A stretch of DNA of 63,905 nt, the filler included, from Reticulomyxa filosa (Eukaryota; Protista; Foraminifera): assembly GCA_000512085.1 (NCBI GenBank). It is 21 parts of 21 records of this genome, joined end to end, with 100 filler letters (N's around TTAATTAATTAA, not from the genome) between each part and the next. Parts side by side here need not be neighbours in the genome. Positions count along the whole stretch, not along the records: positions 1 to 2,500 come from ASPP01042047.1; positions 2,601 to 7,954 come from ASPP01005431.1; positions 8,055 to 10,784 come from ASPP01013881.1; positions 10,885 to 22,424 come from ASPP01007152.1; 17 more parts are not named here. One strand, given 5' to 3'. A model generated the notes under the pieces. It made no database searches, had not been told where the DNA came from, and was given only the letters and a program-made list of their open reading frames with translations. A program made the position numbers and the translations under genes. Positions 1 to 13,139 of this stretch are shown here, one piece after another (positions within the stretch are counted from its first letter, which is position 1; the number at the start of each line of letters is the position of its first letter).

Positions 1-2420
1 GTACGCATTTGCGTTGGGCTCGAGCAAACGATAGGTCGCGTAGAGACAGTTGGAGCAATCAAAAATCCAGTTGAATAAGTCATACAAGAAAAAAAGGAAA
101 TAGAATGGGTTGGCGATCAAATAAGGTCGTTTGATAATTGTTGTTATTGGAAATGCTCGTATCAATGACATTTGCCCATTCGACAAGGCCAAGATATTCA
201 TCATAACAATGGCGACTAGAGCAGACAGATTTTGTACTTGGAAAGTATCAATTGTAACAGCGCCAGAAGAGTAGAAAATGATAACGCGGATGGTCGAGCA
301 AATCACGGCGTTTGAATAATTACTTTATGTGCGAGCGGTTCAATTTGGTGGGAAACGAAGCCAAGATCACTGGCAAAAAGGAGAGGAAGAGGCAAAGAAA
401 GGAGATCCCAAGAGTTGGGGGAGCTATACTGAGCTGATTTGTTTTTATATATGCATATATAATGTTTCTAGGCTTTGCGAAGTTTGATTATGGAATGGCT
501 ATTTACTCACATGATTGGCGATTTTGCGCGTTTTCAGATATGGACGAACTTCACATAGCGCGCCAATGGAACTGCTGAATGATTGTGGTAATGTCAAGGC
601 AGTGTCAACATAAATTGTTGGAAGGACTTGTATATTCATACGTTGATAGCGAACAAGTATATGCTTCTTATTCTACAACAACAGCAGGAGCAGTTCTAAT
701 AGAATTCGATTTGTTACTGCAAATCTACAATGGATGGCAAAGCGTCAAAGAGAGTGTTGAAATGCGATTTACAGACGCCAAGTACAAAAAGTCTTGTGAA
801 ATAGACAAAAAAAAAAAAAAAAATAGGATACAAACATCAATTGTTACTTTACAATATTTTGGTTATTTGCAATCTCACATTCACTTGCGCTTTATGCGAG
901 GAACACTGCACACAAATCCAACAATTTACACGTGTGTTCATACCTACTCACAATGCAAGATCTTTTTTTATTAAAAGAAATAAAAAAACAATAATGGATA
1001 TGTGTGCATATGTGTATATAGAGACAGATGCCGACAATAAAGCGAAAACTGTGGTTAGTAGCGGTAATAGCATTGTTTGAACTGTTTGTGGCATATATGT
1101 ACCTGATACCTTGCGTAATGGGAAAAGCGTGTCCCTTTCAAGTGATTTCGCTAGGTTCGTATACAACGGTAGTGATCGCAAGTGGATTTTTGTTGACAAT
1201 GCTGTTGAGCGTTCGCTATCACGTTTCAGTGACAGAGACAACAACAACCACGACGACATGCACAGGCAAGATGCAGATCCTTCCATGGGCTCAAACAGTG
1301 GAAACATTGGAAATAGTTCTGGTGCGTTATTCAATTCCAACGGTACCGAAAGAAAGAGAATAGGTCCAATACTGAAGAAGAAGAATAGAATAATAGTATC
1401 CTCCCTCATTGGATCACCAGTCCAAACGTCGAACATGTTCGTTATTGGAAATGCTCTGTCACAAGGGCAACTAGAGCAGATGGGCTTCGTATTTTGAAAG
1501 AAAAGGAAGTGAAAGTTGTTACATATGGAGATCGAGCAAACCACGACATCGGAAGATGATGAAAAAGAGAAGAAAGAGCTCCAAGACTCCGAGAAGGACT
1601 ATACAGCGTTGGATTATTTTTTTAAAATAAAAAAAAAACTATTGTCAGTTTTGCTGCGTTTAGCTATAAAATGGCTCTTTACGCAAGCAACTAGTGACTT
1701 TGCGCATTCTCGGGTATATACTGGCTTGTCATAGTGTGTCGCAATGGAAGCTGATGGAAGAGTGTGAAAATAGAAATGGTGACAATGACGAAATTCAGCA
1801 CATGTTCTTCATTGTCAATTGTTGCAAGATATTGGGCTGGTGTTGTGTGTATGCCAATATTTGCATGCCATTTTTGTATTCAATAGACTTTGGCTCGGTG
1901 TGCGCGGAAGAGCTAATCTTGATGTCATTGATTACGAAAAGCATCACGCCGTGATAACTGACAATAGATCAGCGATTCACAATGAATAAATCGCTTCAAT
2001 GTTTTGGAGGGGGGGAGCTGGGTCCTGCTATGTGAATAAGTGGGCAAGGTTAGTGTCAGTAATCGATTGTATCATACTCACTCCCTCCTCATACTGAAGA
2101 CATCATCGCTGTGGATACGAATTATTTGGTTACCAAAAACAGAATCACTCGGATTCGGGAAGTGGAAGAATTTGTTATTGACAAGGCCACCACTCAAGAA
2201 ATGATAGCGCTATAATGGACGAGCCTTTCAATATCAACTTCCCCCGAGTCCGTTTAATCGTCCAAAATGGATACTTGATGGAGCATTGCCATAACATTCG
2301 AAAGAACTCAATTTACGACATCACACAGACTTGTTGTTATGGTTAGTCATTTATGTGCGCTGGCCACTTTCATGTTATACCGGACATTATAAATCGTATT
2401 TGGGTCCATTGCTTGAAAAA
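1..2420 (+). pseudogene. Decayed coding sequence of unknown family
   Basis: Protein-like stretches (ORFs 1111-1497 and 1516-1734; YNGRAFQYQLPPSPFNRPKWILDG near 2210-2285) are broken by scattered stops and frameshifts, with intron-like tracts between them. No family recognised. Confidence 0.35.
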
Positions 2421-2500
2421 GTTTTTATATGTACACATATTTTTTTTTTTATGTAAACATCCAATAACTATTATACGTATATTGATTATATATATTTATA

Positions 2501-2600
2501 NNNNNNNNNNNNNNNNNNNNNNNNNNNNNNNNNNNNNNNNNNNNTTAATTAATTAANNNNNNNNNNNNNNNNNNNNNNNNNNNNNNNNNNNNNNNNNNNN
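2501..2600. other. Artificial contig linker N44-TTAATTAATTAA-N44 (first of 20)
   Basis: An identical 100-nt linker with a palindromic all-frame stop core recurs starting at 2501, 7955, 10785, 22425, 24551, 25688, 30492, 31858, 33393, 40935, 42558, 44827, 48829, 50118, 51395, 53972, 56810, 58962, 61345 and 62787. Genes across linkers are not physically linked. Confidence 0.98.
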
Positions 2601-2637
2601 TTGTGGTGGTTGTTTATGGATCGGTCGTTAACAAACA

Positions 2638-4801
2638 ATGGGAAATCGAACCGATCCAAAGGAGAAAGAGAAAGTGTGTGACTTTGCTGTTTCCTTCACT
2701 ACACACACAATAGGAAGACAGATTAAGCAGACAAGCATTGGTGATCAACAAACTCACGAAAATGGAATTTATGCAGTCGCAAATGAATCAAACAGTCGCC
2801 CAGTCAACTTTTGGAGATCCTTTGGCGGCAAATGGTGTTGTTTCCGATGGAACTGCTGAAGAAGTTATATTTGCTGTGTTAATTGAAGGGGAGGGAAGAG
2901 GGGCGAAGGAAAAAAAAAAAAAAGAAAGATAGATATTCATTAAGTTGTATATACATGTGTATAATATAAAGTACATAAAATATGTGTGTAATTGACCTTG
3001 GCACAAATGAAAAAAAGGCTCAACAAAAACATGAAGAAAGAGCAAAAAAACACAATCGCAAGCAGTCTTCTACCGGCGCACCCCAAGACTTTTGGACTGG
3101 TAATCAAAACGATGATGAAGAAGACCAAAACCAAGACGAGGATGTCACTCCCAATAGAGAGAATATCACCACACAACAAACGTTTGGCCAACCCGAGGCA
3201 ACTCCGGAAATACAGGCACAAGACAATTACGAGGAACAAGAGCAAGGACAAAGACAGCCCGAAAATGATTATATGGATGAAGATGCACTGAAGAAACACA
3301 AAGAAAGACAAGAGAAAGTCCACGAAAAGAAAGGCACATTGGTCACTCCAGAGGAGTTTTTGGACAAACAGGATGTTTCCGATGGCAACGAAAACGATGA
3401 CAAGGTTCGTGGTGTACAAACATTATAAATAAATAAATAGATATATGTATATGTATATATATATACATATACATATATAATATATATTCATTTATTTATA
3501 TAATGATAATATTTGTTTATCTTTGATGGGGGGGGGGAGGATAGCTGAACAAACGACGTGGCTCCCAGCAATTGGACGAAGAAACGCAAGCCAATATCAA
3601 ATCGCAGCAAAGTGCAGACAATGGCCAAGCGGCGGCCGCGGTACCAGACTATGCAAATACCGAAGAGGCCAAAAGGGTTCGTGAGGAAAGGGCGAAAAAA
3701 GCCAGAAAAGAGTCAGTGGCAGTGCCCAAAAACTTTTTAAGTACGGAAGATCAAAACAGTGAAGATGATGAATCCGTTCAAAAACGAAGACAGCATCAGC
3801 GAAAGCAATCCCTCATGAAGGCTGTTGGACAAAAAGGGCACTTATCCGACGAAGACACCGAAAAAACCCAACATGTCGACCACGAAGCGAGAAGAAAGGT
3901 TTTGCTTTATTTTTGCTGTATGTTGTTTGTTTGTTGTTTTTTTCAATGTTTATACGTTGGATATAGGTATATAGGTACAAATATATATTTATATATATGT
4001 GTAACACACTTTATAATGGTATAAATACATACAATACTAGGATAAAAATGCTCGTCCGAAAACTAAAGACGCAGAGGTAATTCAAGAATCTCTGTCTTGT
4101 TTGTAACAGATTCTTTTTTTTTTTCTCTCTCTATCTTTTTGGGAGCTAAAGTAAACAATTGGGTATGCAAATATGTGTATGTAGTCAACAGAACATCGTC
4201 GTCAGTCTTCGTTGCGTGTACTCACTCAAACATTAGAAGATCCCGCTGTACTACTTACGGCAGCTCAACAAGAAGTAAAGGCCTTGAAAGAAAAGCTTGG
4301 CGCGGCTGAGGAAGAAAAACGATTGATCGAAGCGCAAAAGAAAATGATTGAGGAACAAAAAAAATTGGCCGAGGAGCAAACAAAAATGACTGAAGAACAA
4401 AAACGAGTGATCGAAGAGCAATTGCAGAATACCAAAAAAGAGGCACAGCAACTGGAAAATAAATTAGGACAACAGTTGGAAAAACAAATTGAAGAAAAGT
4501 TCCAAAAAGCAACCAATGGATTAATCGCAAGTAACAAAAAAGAAGTTGAACAAATGACCTTCCGCATTGATGAACTCACGAAACAACTTAATAATGTCTC
4601 CAATTCCAAAATGAATTTGATTCAATGCACTAACACTGAAATCAATCGCTTGAAGTTAACTTTTTTTAAAAAAATTCAATATGTATACATGTATATGTAT
4701 TATAATTTTGCTGGTATAGTCGTGTCATCAATACATTACTTCAAAGCGAAAAGTGCAAGGAAATCACACGCCTTTTATTGGATGACACTACTAAAGAATA
4801 A
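2638..4801 (+). CDS. Multi-exon acidic, low-complexity protein with C-terminal coiled coil
   Basis: ORFs 2982-3428, 3572-4024 and 4212-4904 are separated by GT..AG AT-rich introns. They contain E/K/Q heptads, and the last exon reads ...LLDDTTKE* with TAA at 4799-4801. The start is uncertain. Confidence 0.6.
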
Positions 4802-5612
4802 TCTTTTAATGCACTTGCTGGACTCCACCCTATTTCAAATCTTTATGTTCAAAACTGATACTTCAGCAACATCACGTTCAACTGTTGTCGCTAATTGTCA
4901 GTGAGTTAAAGTAAAACTTTTTCCAATTTCTTCACCTCTTATTTCCTTTTTCCCAGTTTGACTCTTTTCCTTTTTTTTCCCCCTCTCCAATTTGAAACTT
5001 TCATTTTTTATTAGTTTGTCATTTGTGTTACCTGATGGTCCAGTATCGTTTTTCTTGGTTGGACTTTTTTTTTTTGTTGTTGATGGTTCTTTTTTCTTCA
5101 CAAGTTTCGGTGTGTTTTTTTTTCTCGTTGCCTTCTTTTCACTGGTTTTGAGAAAGAAAATTTCATACTTTGGTGTACAGGGATAGAGATAGATCTCAAA
5201 CAACAATAGTTGTACAAGAGCCATCATATTTTTGAGTTGATAAGGTCTTGTCATACGTCTCTATCCGAGATAAACGAGTATAATATCTACGAGGTTTCAG
5301 GATGCATTTGAAAAATACACAGAAAACACGTTAAATATCAATATATTTTTATAGAAGTAGTTTGATTTTTCCGGAAAATAAAACGAATTTAAAATTGGGA
5401 ATGATCAAGAATTTTGAGTCTACAAAAAACTATGCATTGGTGATGCGGATATTTATCTTTTTTTTTAAAGAGATTCTTTTATTCTTTCAATACTAAAAAT
5501 ATTCAGTTTGCTGCTGTGAAGCGAGTTATGGAAGTGTAAAAAGAGTGAAACAATAAAAAAAAAACAAAGAGATGATGCAGTACTCGTTGAATTGTCTCAA
5601 AAATAAACGAGA

Positions 5613-7090
5613 TTATTGTTTTTCATTTTCTTGTTGGTTTTGTTGGATTTTTGGATTGGGAGCCCATGAATAGTTATGGATATAATATGAAGATTTTTCA
5701 GTTTGGCATTCATCTTCTTTTTGCTCTTGCTTTTCTTCTTTGTCTTGTTTTTGTCGTTTTTGAGAGCCATACAATTGCAGCCATCTATCTCTCCAGTTTG
5801 GCTGGCTAAATAACTTGAACTTCTTGTTTAAGTTCAACAAGGATCGTGTGATAACAGCAGCATTATTTTTTTGATATCCACCACTCAGCAACATAGTAAT
5901 TGGGATATTCCGTTTCAAGCACTCATCAAAAACAATTTGGTCCCTTTCAATTACGCCTTCTTCACTAATGTCCAGATTCCCCAATGGATCATGTTCTAAA
6001 CAATCGGTCCCGGCATTGTAAATCACAAATTCCTGAACAAAGACAACAAAAAAGGGACACAAATGTCGCTCAGGTCTAAGCGCAGCAAAAGAACAAGCTG
6101 CAGAGACAAGCATATATGTATATAACAGGTTGAAAATGATCGATTTTTGGGGCTAAGTTTTGTCGAAGTTGTTTTAAGAAAGTGTCAGTGGAGCAATGAT
6201 GAGACAGTTCACCATTGTAATCGATAGCCCGCCGGCTTTCATAATCTCTGGGATAAATGTATTGATTATACATGTCAAATATGAACACTTTCATATCTTT
6301 GCATTTCTTATTAAATAGGCCATCATGCTTGTCTCTTTCGTACCCATTGCCCTGATGCGCATCCAAGTCTATTATCATCACTTTGCGTAATTGCGAATAC
6401 TTCGTTTGCAAACGCAATACAATCAATGATATGTCACCATAAACACAAAACCTTTTTTTTTTTTAAAAAAAAAAAGGGTATATTAGTAACGCATATTTCG
6501 CATGATAGAGAGAAGGAAAGGGGGGGAAGAAAAAAAAGGTTATTACCCTCCTCCAGCTTCTGCGGATGCGTGATGATATCCTCCAGACAAATTAATGCTC
6601 CATCCATATTCGATTGCTTTTTCGCTTGCCAGCAATGACCCCTGTACGGCGTAACGCATTGGCCGTAACAAGCTGTTATCAATCCAGGAGCTCGGTAGAT
6701 ATGACAGTGTCGACATCTCCATAAACTTTGCGACAGCTGACGAATCTGTCAATTTGCTTAAATATCTCGTTGGATGCAGCATACGTAATGTTTGTTCAGT
6801 ACATTCACTTGGTTCCAGAATTTGGTTTGTAAACACCTCGTTCGATTCTAACAGCCCGTTGTATATCTTTCCAAATTTCCTAGATTGTTTTATTTATGTT
6901 CATTTACATTGCTGATGCCTTTTTTTTGTTTTTGTTTTCTATTACTGATGTGTTTTTTTTTTTTGTACATTGTGTCAAAAGGCTGCAAGGTTTCAATTTT
7001 CAGAAATCCTATATTGTACTCCGGACTGTAGCAAATTGGAAGCGGCGGAGCTTGCAAATTGACACGTTGTGAGGATGATGTCGAACCCAT
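5613..7090 (-). CDS. HDAC11: Histone deacetylase class IV (HDAC11-like), multi-exon
   Basis: Motifs PICYSPEYNIGFLKIETLQPFD, WSINLSGGYHHAS, IIDLDAHQGNGYERD, YNAGTDCLEHDPLG and MLLSGGYQ match HDAC11. Confidence 0.92.
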
Positions 7091-7675
7091 GTTGAATGAA
7101 AGATTTGGATTTCAATTTTTCAGTAATCGACACAGACAGTAATTTTATTTCTTTGAATTTCTTTAGAAATTTGGGTGATCGAAAACAGTTTTTCTTGTGC
7201 AGCTCGTCAACAAACAACGCTGCAAGATATGAAATTCATATCTAACAAAATATAATACAAATATCCGTAAACTTACCAAACATCTTTAAAGGATATCCAT
7301 ATATTCAATATGTTATATGTAGCAATAAATCTTTTAATTAAAAACATTTCTAATTTCATTACTTATTGCTACTTCAGCGACAAGTTAATGATTGTTTTAA
7401 ATGTGGCTTCAGTTTTAATAGAAGAAGGCCAGCACTTAAAGCGCGATTCCCATTTATCTGTCTTGCCACTGTTCACATAGTGACTGACAAGATCTTGGTG
7501 TTTATTGGGACAATACTTATCCAGTTCAAGAGTTTTGACACTTTATCGTATTTATAAACTTTTGTTTACACACGAACTAGGGAAATTTTTACTTGGTATG
7601 TGTAACGATTGTTGTAGTTTTTGAACTAAAGAGAAGAAGGGTAACAAAACAAAAAAATCATAATAAACCGACAAA

Positions 7676-7880
7676 ATGCCAAAGAAAGGAAAATCACATC
7701 CACATTCTCATTCTCATTCCCATAGCAACAAAAAGGCAACTCAAAATAAATGGCCTACAACAACATGGACTATAGTGTTGTTGCTATCAGTAACAGCACT
7801 TGCGTTATTTTTCGTTTACCTGCCAACAATAAGGTCATCTCTCGGGTTTACTGCAGTTGACCCTGAGATCCAACGAGGTG
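7676..7880 (+). CDS. 5' exon of a type II membrane protein, truncated by contig end
   Basis: A basic, His-rich N-terminus is followed by a single hydrophobic segment (WTIVLLLSVTALALFFVYL), then a GT donor near 7878. Confidence 0.45.
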
Positions 7881-7918
7881 AAAAAGCCGAGTGTATTTGA
7901 TTGGAAAAGAGGAGAAGG

Positions 7919-7954
<36 letters not shown>

Positions 7955-9190
7955 NNNNNNNNNNNNNNNNNNNNNNNNNNNNNNNNNNNNNNNNNNNNTT
8001 AATTAATTAANNNNNNNNNNNNNNNNNNNNNNNNNNNNNNNNNNNNNNNNNNNNTATATGTATATGTATATGTATATGTATATAGATATTATTGTAGTAT
8101 GTAAATATGTAAAAGTAAAATTTAAAAAAGTAAAACAGCTCGCTTTTTGTAAGAGACAAAAATGTTAACTATGTCGGTGACCCTTCGTGTATCGTGCAAA
8201 CGGTTGGATTCATGGCGATGAGTTACAATGTGGTCTCTTTGCAGAAAATGCACGAGTCTTCTCTTGTTTTTGTTGTTGGAGTCGTCATTGCCTTCGGCCT
8301 CTACCTGATAGTCCTTCCCGTGGCTGTGATATTTCTCTGGCGCAAGTGTTCGTTTTCGAACAAAATGTCTTTCGTTGTTGCCTTTCGATTTCGTTTTATT
8401 GTCCTCTCTTACAAGAGATGTTGATCTCTCGTCCTTTTCATTTTCGCTTGGTTTATGTCTTCATTTTTTTTTTTTTATTTTTTTTTATTTTTTTTTTTTG
8501 TATACACATCCCAAACAATGGCACATCACTTATGTAGACTTTTCATTTATCCTCTCTCCCATATTCCTTTTTACTCATCATAGTCAAGGAAAACTTATGT
8601 GCGAATCTCCTTAGATTGAAAAATTTTTGTCCTCTCAAACATACACTACAAGTACCCATCACACATTTTATTTCAATACATCTCACCCTCCCTTCCCTTG
8701 TTTCTCTTCTTGTTGCATACCCTCCTTGGGCCAATCCGTAATATTTCACTGTATTCTCCGCATGTGCTGATGTGTAATTGAATCTTGTATCGAGGTATAT
8801 GTATGTGAAAAGCAAGCACAATGTCACTTTGTATTTACTTGTTTGTTTGTCTTCAAAAAGCTCTAACACCTGTTATCCCTTCCAGGCCCTTCTCGTTTTT
8901 GTTCTTCGGCAATTTTTTTATCTATCTGTGAAATTTGTGAATTCAATTGAGAGAAAATTGAATCAATAGAAGTTGCTATATCCATCTCCATTCGGATTTT
9001 GAACTCAAAAATTAATCTTTCCCAAACGTTCCCTAACTGTTTCCTCGGGCAAAACAAATAGAGTAAATTTGACATTATCACCTACTTTTCACTAATTTGA
9101 CTTAAAAGAGGTAATTGGCGTTATGTAAATACTGCAATTACTGAAAAAAACAAACAAAAGGGATCTTTCTTCAAATAAAATTGAGACAAA

Positions 9191-9763
9191 ATGAAAAAAT
9201 TTTTTAATATAATCAAGCGTCAAAGACCCATCCAAAAGAATGTGGGAAAGGTATTTTTTAGTATAACAAGGAAGACACCAACAATCTCACCGCTCGTCTC
9301 CGGGAAAATGGGTTTGGGATTGCGCTCATGCCAAGCAGTAACTCGCGTGATAACATTAAGGCGATGTGAATTTGGAAGTTTTGACCCCAAAATTCAAGTA
9401 GATATTCCCAATGCTACAATACGTGACTTAAAAAAAACTTGTGACAATTTGCAAGGAATATTCAAAGACCAAGCGTCGTTCAAGCTGGAGAAATATCGAA
9501 ATAATGAGCCAGAAAAAAATGACTTTTACAAATTGACAGTAAGCATTATTAAGTATGGAGCTTCTGTCTTCGAATTGCAAGTAATGGAAAACTTGGTCGA
9601 TAAAAAACTAGTGGTTCGAGAAATTACTAGAAATGTCCATGGTTTTCATAAATCCTTTATATCCAAGGACTCTTCATTTTATTTTCACATTCTCAAAATT
9701 ATTTTGGATATTGAGAAGCGTGGGTTGGCTGCTATTGATGAACGAGAATTCGATCGTTCTTAA
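9191..9763 (+). CDS. Hypothetical protein (190 aa)
   Basis: Uninterrupted ORF with normal composition and a basic N-terminus. No family recognised. Confidence 0.45.
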   Translation: MKKFFNIIKRQRPIQKNVGKVFFSITRKTPTISPLVSGKMGLGLRSCQAVTRVITLRRCEFGSFDPKIQVDIPNATIRDLKKTCDNLQGIFKDQASFKLEKYRNNEPEKNDFYKLTVSIIKYGASVFELQVMENLVDKKLVVREITRNVHGFHKSFISKDSSFYFHILKIILDIEKRGLAAIDEREFDRS

Positions 9764-10438
9764 ACTTTTTTTTTTTAGCATATTTCGTAGACCAAAATTT
9801 GGAAAAGCAAATCTAAATAGTTTTGTTTCCAAATCTAAACAGGAAATAAATGTTTAATACGATATATCTCTGTGTTTAGAGATCTTGTTTTTCTTGTCTA
9901 AGTTGTTTGCAAGTACTCGTAAGATGAAAAAAAATCTCACATTACAGTATGACTATGTTGTAGATGAAGGGCCTACATTTAGGCATAGTATCAAAGCAAC
10001 AAAATTTTTAATGATATTTCGAGGCATGAAAAAATAGATTTTAAATGTTGCCAATGTATCAAAGTAAACACTCTAACACGTTAACCAAGTTTCTTTCATT
10101 CCCCATAATAACGTTTTTATCTCGTAAGGACGACAATTTACGAAGTTTAACCCAGTGAAACGAAGTAAAAAAAAAGGAGAAAGCATTTCTTCCCTACCAC
10201 AAACACGACCAAATAAAAAAAGGTGAAATTTTTTTTTTGAATAATGGACATTTCTTAAAGCGTATTGATGAAGAAACAAGGATCCCAGCAAGTTAAAATG
10301 ACACGGCTCGAATATGAGGGAGTCATGCTTCCCTCTCTTTCTCGTGACAAAAAGAGAAAGAAAATAATGATAATAAAAAAACTTTAAAAAATGCTCCGTT
10401 GAAGTATGTCAGTTGGATGAATATTGTTTTGATTTGTT

Positions 10439-10738
10439 TTACATCTGTTGGCAAGGTACCCCCTCAGTTTCCTCTTCATCTTCATCATGCGCTCCTTTGC
10501 TAGCAGCAGGAGTGGGCTGTGGTTTGCCAGTCACCTCTTCACATGTGACTTCTTCGACTATCTCTTCGTCTTCGTCATCATCTTCTCCTTCTTCCGGTTT
10601 CGCTTTGTTTTTTTTTGTTTTTGGAGTCATTTTTTTTTTTGTTGCCTTTGCCTTTTTTGTCATTTTTTTTTTCGCTCTTTGGTGTCTTTGCTTCTTTTGG
10701 TTTGGCATTGCTATTGGATTTCATTTCTTCGCCGTCCT
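10439..10738 (-). CDS. Last exon of a CaaX-prenylated protein (DnaJA/Ydj1-like or NAP1-like tail)
   Basis: A Lys-rich then acidic tail ends AHDEDEEETEGVPCQQM*. An AG acceptor lies near 10739, and there is a probable homopolymer frameshift in the A-runs. Confidence 0.55.
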
Positions 10739-11089
10739 CTATTCAAACACATTGACACCAAAAGCAAAAAAAAAAAAAAAAAAANNNNNNNNNNNNNNNN
10801 NNNNNNNNNNNNNNNNNNNNNNNNNNNNTTAATTAATTAANNNNNNNNNNNNNNNNNNNNNNNNNNNNNNNNNNNNNNNNNNNNGAAGAAGAAGAAGAAG
10901 AAGAAGAAGAAGAAGAAGAAGAAAAGGACAAAGAAGAAGAAAAAGAGAAGAAAGACGAAATTTATAAAAAAGAAAATAAAGTGAGAAAAGATACCGACGT
11001 TGAGTTTATTCTTTGTTGGAGTTATAATTAGCAATAATTGTTTTGAAACATACAAATGGAAATAGGAAAAAGAAGAAAAGAAGAAATGG

Positions 11090-12456
11090 ATGAAATGGTT
11101 GAAAGAGAGAGACGAAAAAGATAAAAAAGAAATGGTTACAAAATTTGAGAAATTATCGGATGACGATTTCGAGATATGGTTACTGAAGCAGAGTAAATGG
11201 AAAAATGATGTAACGAAAAAAAACATTCCTTCAATTTGTGCTGCAATAGAAGCTTTTGTTATCTATCGTTCCGCTGATAGAGTTTCGTTTTTCTTATTTT
11301 TTATTTTAATACAAACAGATTGTAGTTGTTATTGCGCCCAATGCATGCCATTTGATATGAATAGGATAATCAAGACAGCAATGAAGAGAAAGTTGATCAT
11401 GTTCTCATTTTTGTCCTAATCTTTTTATCTAATTACAGCAATAAAATATAAAAATAGTTGGCAGTACAAGTGATAGTGGATGAAAAGCCAACAAAGATAA
11501 TAATGAGAAATTTGACCTTTGAAGAGCTTTTTCGTCAAATTTACAGCAATTTGGAATGGAAATATTTGCGAGAAATGAGTGATAAAGATCAAAAGCTTGA
11601 ATTAGCTGATTCAAATGATGAAATTATTAGATCAGATGAAATGGTGAGAAGAGAGTTTGAAAATAATGAACCTTTATTTAAAGTACTCTGGAGTCCAATA
11701 CGAATTGGAAAAATAAAAATAATAAAAAATGCATTGGTTATAATGATCGCCATTAGTGAGTATACTGATAATGTGAAGTGGAGAAATCTTTCAAATGTAA
11801 AAAAAAAAGATGTCGAAAATTTCAGACAATTATTTGAACAAAACTTGGGATATGAATTTGTATGCAATACGAATTTCAAAATGAACAAAGAAGATGTTAA
11901 ACAGTTTCTAATAAAATTAATACTTAGTCACAAACTTGTCAAGAATAAAAAGCGATATGATGCGTTGATACTGATAGTATCAGGACATGGGGACAAAGGA
12001 GATGTATTGATAACAAGTGATGGAAAGAAAACTTCAATTGATAGTATTCGAACATTGTTTAACTGTGATCGGATAAGCTCGTTTCAAAACCTCCCTAAGA
12101 TATTTTTCATCGATGTTTGTCGTGGCACAACTAAACCGGAAAAAGAAAAGAATAACGTTGCGAATAGAGGAGGCAAAGCGCACGATAGCGAAGGTTTTTT
12201 AATGGTATGGTCAACAGCAAGTGGATATTCAGTGATTGATTTATCGATGTTCAGCGAAAGCATAAAACGTATTATTAGTGAAAAACATCAAAATGAAACT
12301 TTATATCAAATGCTAAATGAAATTCGAAATGATATTAAAATAAAAAATTTGTATTACTGCCTGGAAAGGAGTGACACCACTGATTATGACATTATCCTTC
12401 AACAAAAAATGACTTTTAGACGACAACTAAAGAAAAAATTTCCTTCCGTGGAATAA
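11090..12456 (+). CDS. Caspase-like peptidase (clan CD, C14) with N-terminal extension; 5' end may be incomplete
   Basis: NALVIMIAISEY strand, catalytic SGHG, PKIFFIDVCRG (QACRG-like) and FLMVWSTASGY. An upstream exon (11090-~11281) is joined by an intron ending near 11438. Confidence 0.85.
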
Positions 12457-13139
12457 GGTAGCCTCGAGTTGTCGTTTTGCATCTATTTCTCAAATGTGGA
12501 TCCCATAGTTTCAATAAGTACTTATTTTGTTATAATTACAAGTATCTCTTACTTTTTTATATTTTGAAGAAAAAGCAAGCACTAAATGTGCAAAAATCCA
12601 AATTTCGATAAAGATGTTATAGTTCCTTCAAAAGACCCTCTTAGAAATATTTTCAAAGCTACTCCAGCTTTATGATAAAAAAATTATAATGATAAATTTT
12701 TTGTTTTTTGTTTTCAATGGTTGGCAAATTTGTCAAACTTGAGACAGCTGAAAATAATCTCTTCAGAAGCAGCCTTATCTGATGATTTCTCTAATCCGAA
12801 AAATCAAACTTAAATCAATGCAAATCCAATAACGTTGATTCCGATATAACCAAAATAAAGACAATGACATGAAGCCGAAATTGGTACTGATCCAAATCTA
12901 GACACAGAAAATTGATATTATATTTGAATATAAAACGATTTAGATTTGTATATATGATTTTAAGTTCAATTAAATCTGAAGAAAAACATTTGAAAGTGTT
13001 ATCCAATGTTTTCACATATCCAAAAAATAGAATATTGTATTTGACATTTACAGTAGTATTTATGTGCCATTTATTTGCTCTGAATTATATTTTGTCATCG
13101 TGATGTCATTAAATTGATAAATTTTTGTAAATATGCCAT

